64,000 nt of DNA from Azolla caroliniana (taxonomy: Eukaryota; Plantae; Polypodiophyta), in assembly GCA_043228905.1 (NCBI GenBank), contig JBHGNT010000003.1, forward strand, positions 6,262,001-6,326,000, read 5' to 3'. A model generated the notes under the pieces. It made no database searches. It saw nothing but the letters and a program-made list of their open reading frames with translations, and was not told the origin of the DNA. Positions 31,548-42,275 of the stretch are shown here, one piece after another. Made by a program: the position numbers and the translations under genes. Within the stretch, counting starts at the first letter, position 1. Each line of letters opens with the position of its first letter.

Positions 31548-31825
31548 TTGGGCAATTGAACCGAACCACGAAACCACGAAACCGCTGTTTTTTTTTATTT
31601 TTTTATTTTTTAAAATTTGTTTTTTAAACAATCTTTTCATTTTTAGACCTTATTCTCGCATTTTATGAACATCTTTAAATTTAAAATAATGAAATCTTTT
31701 AAATTTTAAAAAAAAAAATTTAACCGAAACCGCAGTTTTTATGGTTTCGTGGTTCTATTCGGTTCAGGTTTCAAAAATTTTAAACAGTTCGGTTTTGACC
31801 CTCTCAAACCGAACCGTTGCCGATT
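31548..31825. mobile_element. Short AACCG/CGGTT-rich non-autonomous DNA transposon-like element
   Basis: Begins gggcaattgaaccgaaccacgaaacc, AT-rich core, inverted ggtttcgtggttc.attcggttca, ends aaaccgaaccgttgcc; no TSD confirmed. Confidence 0.55.
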
Positions 31826-32099
31826 GTTAGTTTCTAGCTTACATGGAAACCCTAAAAGGCAATATATGTATATATTAGGGCACCAGAAAAACTTCATAAC
31901 ATCTCTACCCTTAGAGAGGGTTCTTTCTAAAGTTGTCCCATAGGGAAGGGGAAGGGCCTTGGGTTCAGTGTTTTGGATAGAGATGGCCTCATGGACCATG
32001 GCAACGTGTGTGTGCAATAGTGGTCAATCTACAGTCTTATTCTTTCAGAGGAAGGAAGCTATTAACTAGGAACAACCCTGACAATGATCTAGTGGGTAT

Positions 32100-32890
32100 T
32101 AGATAGAGAAACTCTCGATATGAGGCACCCACGGTTGCATATAGAATCTATATTAATGGAGTTGAATTCATATCACTAGGCCACCTATATTCATCTTGAT
32201 CAAAACCTCACAATTGGATATGTTTGGTTGCAATTCATAAATGAGAAACATTTGGGCACTTAGAACATGGTATCAATGGGTTTTCCAAAGAGAAGCTCTC
32301 GTGTGTGGAGTTGAATTCATGTTGTGGGGCCGATGTTTGTATTCGATATCTCACAAATGGATGTGTTTGGTTGCAATTCCTAGGTGAGAATCAATCGGAC
32401 ACTTAAAGTGTGGTATTAGTGGGGATTCAATAGAGAAGATCTTGTGGGTCATGGCACATTGAATTCATGTCAGTAGGCTGATGTTCTTCTTGGAAAACTC
32501 ACATTTGTATGCATTTGGTCGCAATTCATGGCTGAGAACCATTCAAGCATTTATAATGTGGTATTGATGAGTTTTTTATGGAGAACCTCTCTTGAGTTAT
32601 GGACGTATACTTGTAGAGTTTAATTCCTCTCAATAGGTTAATGTTCATCTTGGAAATCTCACAATTGGATGCATTTGGTCCTAATTTGTGGTTGAGAAAC
32701 ATTCGAGCACTTATAACATGATATTAGTGCGTTTTTTTATAGAGAAGTTGTCGTGGGTCATGGCATGTACGCTTGTAGAGTTGAATTCATGTCAATAGGT
32801 TGATGCTCATATGTGAAACCTCACAATTGGATGTGTTTGGTCACATTCATGGTTAAGAATCATTCAATCACTTGTAACATGGTATTGTTA
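32100..32890. repeat. Degenerate satellite-like array, ~150-160 bp unit, ~5 copies
   Basis: gttgaattcat...ctcacaattggat.tgtttggt.gcaattcat..gagaa.catt...cactta.aa..tggtatt recurs at about 32160, 32310, 32459, 32618, 32780. Confidence 0.88.
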
Positions 32891-33387
32891 AGAGTATCAA
32901 ATCATGTTATTGACTTTATTCCTCAACCACAAATTTGCAAGGTAGGAGCCTATTTGGATATAATTTTTACCTCCCTGTATGTAGTCTACATTCAACCAAG
33001 TATTATTAATGAGCTTGTGGTCATTGAGCACTTGTGTATGATCTATGCATATACTTTGTTGTCTTATAGCTATATGACCTTCCATTTGACAACTTTCAAA
33101 TATTCTTGGAGTTTTGCGCACCATATTGGCTATGAGGCATTCTCTAGATTAACATTCATATTAAGGTGAAGTAACACATTTTTCACAAAGTACTCGTAAG
33201 TCAACAAAACTTGCATACCCTAATGGCATGTTGATGTAGGCATATTCTTATTAATACAATAGGAACATGTAAGTTGGAATGAAGGTGAACCAACTTTGTG
33301 TATTCCCTACAAATATGTCACGTTGGTTCGCAATCATAATTTGATCATAAATTGTTATTTTCGATTCTAGGTTATGAATACAACCAA

Positions 33388-33800
33388 AGTCGAGCCACAA
33401 ACAAACTTTCTTTTAGTGACAACTTTAGGGCATAACACAAAATACTCTCAAGTTGTTAGTTCTGTTGAAATTATAGGATTTTGAAAAGTTACATGGATTT
33501 GGCATGCAAATAGAGCTCCTTTTTAAACATTCGCCTACATAGTCAAGCCGCAAACAAACTTTCTTTTAGTGATAACTTTAGGGCATAACACAAAATACTC
33601 TCAAGTTGTTAGTTTTGTTGAAATTGTAGGATTTTGAAAAGTAGGGATTTGGCATGCAAATAGAGCTCCTTTCTAAACATTCGCTTTGAGATTTGTGCCA
33701 AGTTTGGGTATGCAAACCTCAAGTTAAAAGATTTCACCATATACATTCCCATTGATTTATTAAAGATTTCACCATATACATTCCATTGATTTATTAATCA
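33388..33800. repeat. 153-bp tandem duplication followed by a 35-bp duplication
   Basis: agtc.agcc.caaacaaactttcttttagtga... at 33388 and 33541; aaagatttcaccatatacattcc.attgatttatt twice from 33727. Confidence 0.9.
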
Positions 33801-34799
33801 ATGCATTTTCTAGGTGTTGGATCATTTAGCAAGTTTATGTGAAGATATTTACTAGGTAAGCCATTTTTTCCCACTCGAAAAGAAGCATTGTGGCGCTCCC
33901 ATTAATCTTTTTAGGGTGACAAATAATCAAACAATGATCCTAGCAACCCATCCAATATATAAGGTGTGTGTGTGGGGGGGGGGGGGGGGGGACAATAACC
34001 AAGTCACATAAATATATAGGTTGTTATTTATTTCTACTTGTATATGCATGAAGAACTAGCAATAAAAGGATTGCCTTCTTATGGAATAGCAACTTAACAA
34101 GATATGATGCTCAATCACAATGTGAAATCGTCATCTTTTTGCACTACATACAAATTTAAGGAATGTTCACGGAATGAATGGCCACACCAAATGTTTCTAG
34201 GTTGAAATTTAAGGAATGTTTTTGTTGTAGCGAGCACACTATCTACGAAGAGTTCGAAAGCTAAAACGTTTTAATGATTGCATAGGTGGTCAATACTAGC
34301 AAGAAAATTGTACACTTATATCATGAAGGTTAGTAGCAAGAAAATTGTTTAGTGTACAATACATCACAATAATTTTGTTATTTTCAACCTACACAAGATC
34401 AAGATATCAAAGAATAGCATTAAGGCAAATGCTAAAGAAACAAAACTTGTAATCAACAATATCGAGAAGATATTTATCAATGATAGCATCAACTATGCTA
34501 TCTACAAATATTTAGAGAAGTTTCAACATCAACAATACTTTCACCTCATATTAAGTTAGAATTTGTACATGCAATGTGCATGATAAGAAGCAGGCGAATT
34601 CACAATTTGGATCTAAATTAAGCCCACCACGTTAAATATTCTCGTTGATTAAGGGAACTTTGACGTGTTGGTCAATGATACAATGATTGGTGAAATGAAT
34701 TTCTGTACAATGCAAATGTGCATATGTTGGTTGCCATTTTTTTGGTTGAGGGTCCACACAATCAACAGAGAGCCCAAATACACAAACAACTATGGTATC

Positions 34800-35066
34800 T
34801 GTTACGAGCATAACCATAACTTATCACGTGGTAGTTTGTATCATGGTTTTCTACACACGAGGATAAGAGTGTAGGGGTTAATCTAGAATGTCAAGAAGGG
34901 AGGATTACTATTAGTCCTAGGGATTGAGACAACTTGTAAGGACCAAGTGTGAACTTGCATAGGGGCCTTGGGTCTAACATTGAGTTTGTGATCTCGTGGT
35001 GAACAAAATCTTGTGGCGAGTGTGTGCCAGTACCAAGTACGACTCAAAGTTGTAACAATGGTATGG
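34800..35066 (+). mobile_element. Possible isolated short LTR remnant
   Basis: TGTTAC at 34800 and GTAACA ending 35057 (6-bp terminal inverted repeat), followed by a-tggtat resembling the start of an iMet PBS; no TSD or partner LTR seen. Confidence 0.3.
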
Positions 35067-36659
35067 GACATTGTCCAAGGCTTGGGTCCATCTCAATCCC
35101 TTCGCTCGGGGGTGGTCGAGTGGATCAACACCCCTCTTTCTCTCTTCATTTTCTTATACGTTTCCTTATTTTCATGCTTACATTAGAATAAATCTCTAAC
35201 ATTATGCATGCACACATAAGCAACAAATGAATTTAGTCATAAAGCTTTAGTCAATAAAATGTTGGGTTGAAATAGGAAAAGTAAATAGCACAAAACTAGA
35301 TTAACTCTAAATATAGATTGGGGTGTCCCAATATCGCCCTTTGTTTAAGGGGCCTACACAATCCACGTTCACACATCAATATGTAAGCATAGTATTTTTC
35401 CACATAAGCACACAATCAAGAGTGTGCCCACAGGTTCAAGATAAAGGTATTGAGTTGAATCCACATTTTTCTCACATACAAGTGTCACTAAAGGTCGTGG
35501 TTTATGGTTCACAGAAGGATGTTTATATTCACTTGAAAAAGTGTATATAATGGTTTAATATAAAGAGTGTGCATATAAAGAGACACCCTGGAGATGGATA
35601 TGCATATTTCTTTATTGCCATGAATTGTATTTGTTTTCTTTTTCCAATTGTTATCACCGATATGTTTGATGTATCTCTATGTGCTTCAACGGATGATGAT
35701 TGACATTAGTTTGTATTTTTCCAATTGTAGTCGCCAATATGTTTGGTGTAACACTATGTGCTTCAAAACTAAGTTGACATTGACGTATTGGGGGTAAGGG
35801 GGGTGTGCTCGTGGCAAATTTCATTTGCGAAAATGTTTTGAAAAACAACACCAAAATGCCCATTCAAAGAGTCATCATGCAATAAAATTGCATTCAACTT
35901 CCATGATGATTCCATTCTCTTCGTCCATTCAGGGTTCTAACTTCTAACACATTTTCCATCCACCATGATTCCATTCGGAGAAGTCAAGCCTCCAGTGGGG
36001 TTGGTATACTTTCATATTCACAAATCTAAAATAATTTGGGTTTGGGAGGATATCAAAAGGTATAAAATATATATCAAGCAATGGAATAATGACATTATTC
36101 AAGGACTCAGGTTTCCATTTCGTCTTCCATTCAACTTGGGTTGTACACGTCCAAGAAATGGGAGTTGGGGATACCTACCCAATATTCATCCAATTTCAGA
36201 TAGAATGACGACATCCCGTGGCCCATTCCCTTGTTTCAACTGAGAGATGGGAACAAACATACACTTTCATGTCAACACTAAAAGGGATCCATTTGAGATT
36301 GAAGGACAAGCCAAAAAGGTGTGAATTGATGAATATCAGACATTTTTTTTATCACAAGATAGGGTGGAGGCAGGCATTACCTCGATGGACGGGGCGTTGG
36401 GAACAAACAAAACACGCTCACGATTTTCTAAATAAGATGATGGTCGCATACCACTCGTTGGACACGAGTTTAGTTAGAACAACCGATAAATAGCTTCCTA
36501 AAACATTTCCAGAGATAATTAACATGACTTCTAACATTGAGGAAAGATAGCGAGGTGTCGTCTCGATTGCGAGACAATACACTTAGAGTTCATTGGTGCC
36601 ATGATGAGGAGCTATAGGTAGAAGAAAGAAAGAGGTGGATGGGTGTGTGGACTCCCTAT

Positions 36660-37082
36660 CATATGAGATTGATTATATATACATATATATATTATGTATG
36701 TATACACTAATGTACATATATACATGTATTATGTATACTTGTACATACATATACATATGAGATTGATTATACATACATATATACATGTATACTTTTGCAT
36801 ATCCATATGAGATTGACTATATATACATATATTATGTATGTATACATGTACATATATACATGTATACAATTATACTTGTGCATATACATATGAAATTGGT
36901 TATATATATACATATATTATGTATGTATAAGTGTACATATATACATGTATATTTGTACATATACATATGAGATTGGTTATATATATACATAGTATATGTA
37001 CATATAATATAAACTTGTACTATACATACACTTATACATGTACAAGTATACATGTATGTATGTATATATACATGTGCATATT
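36660..37082. repeat. (TA/TACA)-rich low-complexity tract upstream of ERO1
   Basis: atatatacatat, catatgagattg repeated; ORFs here are Y/I/H/M artefacts. Confidence 0.92.
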
Positions 37083-37508
37083 GTGTTGTTTTCTAGAAGG
37101 ACCTACCCACCACACCCCCTATTCACTCTGTTCTTTTTCTCCTTCTTCTTCTTCTTCTTCTTCTTTGTACAGGAAGGACCAGATCCAAACCCTAATCAGA
37201 TCCATCTGAAGATTGTGCAGACTAGTAATCTCTTGTGCATTGGGTCTTCCTTTGTTCTCTGATCCCCCTGATTCAGACAGTCTCAGGGTTAGGGTTAAGC
37301 GTAACATATTGGGGGGTAAAGGGGGGGGTGATAGAATTAGGGTAAAGGGTAAAATATTAGGGGTGGGAGAATCAGGGCTAGAGGTTAGGGCTTGGGTTAG
37401 AGAATCGGAATAAAGGCTTAAAGTTTAGGGTTAAATCATTAGTATAGTAAAAGAGTAATAGTTAAGAGCAAAGGGTTGAGAAAATTAGGGTTAGGGTGTA
37501 AGGGCAAG

Positions 37509-38900
37509 ATGAAGATGAAGACATGCCTGACCGCAGTGGCGGTGGTTTTCCTGGCTGTGCTCATTGCGGTGTGCAGCGGCCGATTCTTCACATCTCGATG
37601 CCATTGCAGAGAAGGTGGTGGTATTAGAGACAATGCTCTTGGCTTCTCGAGCAAGCTTTCTGGCATGGTAGAAGATTGTTGCTGCGATTATTCAACAGTT
37701 AACGCCCTGAATAAACAAGTTCTTCATCCTCTCCTTCAGTCCCTGGTAAGTACTCCTTTTTTCCGATACTACAAAGCAAAGCTCTGGTGTGATTGTCCCT
37801 TCTGGCCAGACGATGGCATGTGTGTCCTCCGAGACTGTAGCGTGTGTGAATGTCCCGAAGACGAATTTCCGGAGAATTTCCGGAAAGAAATGTCCAGGCA
37901 GGGATCCCGGCGCCCACTTGATGACCTAATTTGTCAAGAGGGAAACCCACAAGCTACAGTGGATCGAACCCTTGATCCACAAGCTTTCACATGGAAGAGT
38001 AGAGATAATCCATGGACAGCCGATGATGAAAGAGATGAAAACGATGTCACTTATGTGAACCTCCTCTTGAACCCCGAACGATACACAGGTTATGAGGGAC
38101 CATCGGCCTGTCGGATTTGGGATGCGGTCTACAATGAGAATGTGCTAGTGTCACCAAAAACTGGCCAAAATGTCGCCCCAAGTAGTTACCAAGACTCAAA
38201 ATCACTGAATGGTGGACAGAAATCTCCACCTGAGAGCCGAGTATTGTATAAACTTATCTCGGGTTTGCATTCATCCATCTCCGTTCACATTGCTGCTGGC
38301 TATCTTTTAGATAAGAGCACCTCTCGATGGGGCACAAATGTTACCCTCCTACATGATAGGGTTACGAAGCATCCCGACCGTGTTCAAAACCTCTATTTCA
38401 CCTTCTTGTTAGTGCTAAGGGCAGTAACGAAAGCTGCTGACTACCTTGTTCAAGCTGAATATGACACTGGAAACCCTATCGATGACCAAGCAACAGCAGA
38501 ATCAGTCGTCCGGCTAGTGCGAAATGAACGCTTACAAGTGGCTTGTCCGAAACCCTTCGATGAAGCTAAGCTCTGGAAGGGCGCCGATGGAAGTGAGCTT
38601 TTGATGAGACTTCAAAGACAATTCCGGAACATCAGTGCTATCATGGATTGTGTCGGTTGTGAGAAATGTAGGCTTTGGGGTAAACTTCAGATTCTCGGGC
38701 TCGGAACCGCCCTCGAGATTCTCTTCTCGGAAGATTCCCCCCAGAACCCACCCGTGTTGCAAAGAAATGAAGTTATTGCCCTAATAAATCTTCTCAATCG
38801 ATTGTCGGAATCATTATATTTCTTGCAAGAGCTTGCTCCCCTTGTGAAAGAGCCAGACTTGTTACGCTCTGTTTCCAAAGACAATGAGGTTGTAATTTGA
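37509..38900 (+). CDS. ERO1: Endoplasmic reticulum oxidoreductin ERO1, single-exon CDS, ~463 aa
   Basis: First in-frame ATG at 37509 gives a signal/anchor peptide (TCLTAVAVVFLAVLIAV); motifs G.VEDCCCDY.TV, FFRYYK.KLWCDCPFWPDDGMC.LRDCSVCEC, YVNLLLNPERYTGY, LISGLHSSIS.H, FRNISAIMDCVGCEKCRLWGKLQ..GLGTAL.ILFS, LQRNEVIAL.NLLNRLSES. Confidence 0.97.
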   Translation: MKMKTCLTAVAVVFLAVLIAVCSGRFFTSRCHCREGGGIRDNALGFSSKLSGMVEDCCCDYSTVNALNKQVLHPLLQSLVSTPFFRYYKAKLWCDCPFWPDDGMCVLRDCSVCECPEDEFPENFRKEMSRQGSRRPLDDLICQEGNPQATVDRTLDPQAFTWKSRDNPWTADDERDENDVTYVNLLLNPERYTGYEGPSACRIWDAVYNENVLVSPKTGQNVAPSSYQDSKSLNGGQKSPPESRVLYKLISGLHSSISVHIAAGYLLDKSTSRWGTNVTLLHDRVTKHPDRVQNLYFTFLLVLRAVTKAADYLVQAEYDTGNPIDDQATAESVVRLVRNERLQVACPKPFDEAKLWKGADGSELLMRLQRQFRNISAIMDCVGCEKCRLWGKLQILGLGTALEILFSEDSPQNPPVLQRNEVIALINLLNRLSESLYFLQELAPLVKEPDLLRSVSKDNEVVI

Positions 38901-41900
38901 TTTCAGAATTTAATACTGTGGTCAAATGCCTAGGATTAAGTTCTCAAAAATATACTTCTAGATATACTTGGGTCTCTTCAAGTTTTTAATCTCCTATTTG
39001 GAGCTTAAAGTTTTGTATTCATTATACATACACATTAGCTTTCATAAGTCGTTTAAAAATATTACATTATCCACCTGAAATTTATTTCTCTCTTCCCTTC
39101 ACGAGGGCAACATTTCAGAGCTTTATGATGATCGTAAAGCTGTATACAATTCTTGTAATGATCGATGTGATGTCTATTGGTTTTCAGCTCAGACATTTCG
39201 AACATTCTGATGTACAGAGCTTGGTAGTCATCAATTAAAATGGCTATTTATCTGATAATTCTGGAGACTTTCAAAAGATTGCATTGATCTTCTAAATTAG
39301 CATATTTGTAGCACACGTTTTAATTGACTAGTGAAGTTGAACCTCCTTTGGTATAATCTTCAATTTAAATTCTTATGTCTCTTGGCACTGCTCAATTTTG
39401 ACTAGTATTTCCTGAAGCTTGCATGTGTGGTATAAGCATTGAAAGTTGATATTTGTGCTTTTTCCAAGTTATTTATTGGCAGATTTCACAGTTTGGCCCG
39501 ATTTTAGTTATTATATAGTTACCTCTGATTCGGATCAATCCCCACAGTGCATATCCTGATGTCTGGATAATGAATTTCTACTCTTTTTACTCCTTGGAAT
39601 GTATACAAGTTTACAACCATGGCCATTGGTTAGTGACTCTCCTACTTAGGTATATAAAGAAAATGATAAGCTGTGTAATTGATGACAAAGTTTGAGAACA
39701 TGGTATCCTATCTCCCCGCCTATGTTTGGTAATGATGAGAATCATATGGAAATATGTGCATGGAACATGAAGATTTTAGGAGCTATAGTGATGAAAGCAT
39801 ATTGAAAATAATTGCATGGGTATGAATATGCTATGGGTTTTTTTATCAATTGGGTCATTTAATATAGTGTATTTTGTTGTATAGTTTAGTCATAGTATCC
39901 AAACTAAATGGGTTGTGGAGGCATTCTATTTGAAGAAATTATTCTTTTGCAATTCACTTTATAATATGTTTAGCTCTCATCAATGCGACGTGACAAACTT
40001 CTTGCGCTTCATATTCAATCCCTTTATTCATGGTGTAGTCCTAGACCCTTGTGAATTATTACGTTATTATGACTTGAAAGTAACATTAGCTTATAAAGGA
40101 TGAAACTCTCTCAGGTAGTTATGCCATTAAGACATGGGAGTTGAATGGGCTCATGTTTGAAAACTCACATGGTGTGCCATTAAGACATTGGAGTTGAATG
40201 GGCTCATGTTTGAAATCCCAGATGCCAAGATTTGGGAAATGTTCATTGTGCACTTACTTCTTTCACTATGACTAATGTCCAAAAATTATATAAAAGCATT
40301 TGAATAAGAATTGTATGCATGAATGAGAACTTAATGCCTTTTGTTTTTTCGCATATACTTAGCATTTTAAATATACACTAAATATGCTTGTATAAGAAGA
40401 AAAGCCTTTAATGTATTTCATCAATAATTAGGACCAGATATATTAGAGATGTGTGTGAAACACATCTTGGTGAGTGCAAGAATAGCGAGCAACAATAGGG
40501 CATGTAAAGAGCCTCGTATCTCATTGATGAGGTGAAACTACATAGCCCTACTATTGAAAATTTAAAATTGAATAAAGTTTTCTTGGTAGATAAGATGTTT
40601 CAAGAGAAGCTTGGGCCAATCTTAACTTCACTTTCAGGCCACATTTTTTTCCAATTATCTTTTCCTAAGACTTCCACATTGAAAAACCTCATATGCATCA
40701 GGATGAGGTAACGAAGTGCCAAAAAGGGCAAAAGTTAGTTAGGTATTGGTTTTTAATTTCTTTCCAACAAATGTCCGACATAGATGGATTGTTTTTCTCT
40801 AAACTTGACAACCTTTAAGAAGAAGAATTTCTGGGGTTGTTCGATGAGGCAAAGCATTCCAAATATATTCCTAACACATCAACAGTATCTATAGATCCTT
40901 AGCATTTATTTGAATGTGGCTAGACATGCAAAACATCAAAGACAATATAATGTGCTCATAGAAGACCACAAGTTACGAAAATTACAATCAAGAGTGTGAG
41001 TGAGAAATAAAGAAACTAAGTAGGAACTTAACATGACTCATCAAGACTCTGACAATGAAAAATATTGTTCCCCTCATCTTGTAATATTGTTCATTATTCT
41101 CTTAATAAGACAGATAGAGACCGATCAATAGTTTATCTCTCACGTTGTGCTAGATTCTGTAGTGTCTTGATTATATGGAACTATGCGAAGTATGTTGTAT
41201 CCATGCACATAACCTACAAATGAACAATCAATGAAGAAAATTCACAAATCCACAAGATGGTAAGGAGAATACAGTGCGGAGACATTGAAGCAAATGAGAT
41301 TCAAAACATATAATATCATATATAAAACATAGTTTTTATGGTACTTGGCAAGCATGATAGTTTGACTAAACTAAAGATGTCCAAAGAGATACGATTGGTT
41401 TGTTGAGGAACTTTGCATAGAGTACACATTCAATGACCAAAATGAGATTCAATCTATGCATTTGAAGTCTTTGAATATCACAATGTAGTATTGTCGATTG
41501 ACATACATCTCCATGCATAGGTATGCAATAAATCTGTTCTTGTTTTCCATTTCATGACATTTTTACTATTGCCACTAATGAAACGTGCACTTTCATCTCT
41601 AGTGTGAAATAAATACATCTCTGAAAGTAGGATGGAAATATGCATGACACACCACTTAACTATCAAAGTGCAAAAGCTTTTTTTTCTCATGAAACAAACA
41701 ATCTGCATTGCTATAAATGAAAATGTATTGAGTGCGTAGGCCACACTAGATTGGTCTAATGATATGGCAATGTATTAAGGACTACTCCAAATACCTTAAA
41801 AGCCTGTTTAAGGGATATGGACGAGACCGCGCTGTACATGACACTTGTCTAGGCAGACATGCAAGCAGCTGTAGTACTCATTTAGGGAAGAACGTTTCCA

Positions 41901-42275
41901 TGTGTTTTGACCGACTTTTCATACTGCCCCCAGACTCGTAAAAATACCACTTAGCACCATCAATATGGCGCTCCATAAAATATACAGCAGATATCGTAAC
42001 TAGAGAACAAGTAGACGGACTGCAACTTATCGAGTTTATGAAACAGATAAGTATATATATGTCAGTCAACCAAAAATTACAGAAGAGCATGAAAAAAATT
42101 ATATTGCATTTGTAAAACTCAAAATGAAAAACACTGGGATTTCCATCAGGATCCTCACAGGAGAGGAGAATAAATTAATGAAACTAACAAAATTTAGCTT
42201 GATCAAAGATTTCGTAAACCATTCAACTTTGATTTTCCTTTTGTTATTCACGTCAATGGTATATGCAATGGCATA

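Noticed and set aside
37476-37508. ORF-track start of ERO1 at a TTG
   Set aside because: Eukaryotic gene; ATG at 37509 directly precedes the signal/anchor segment.
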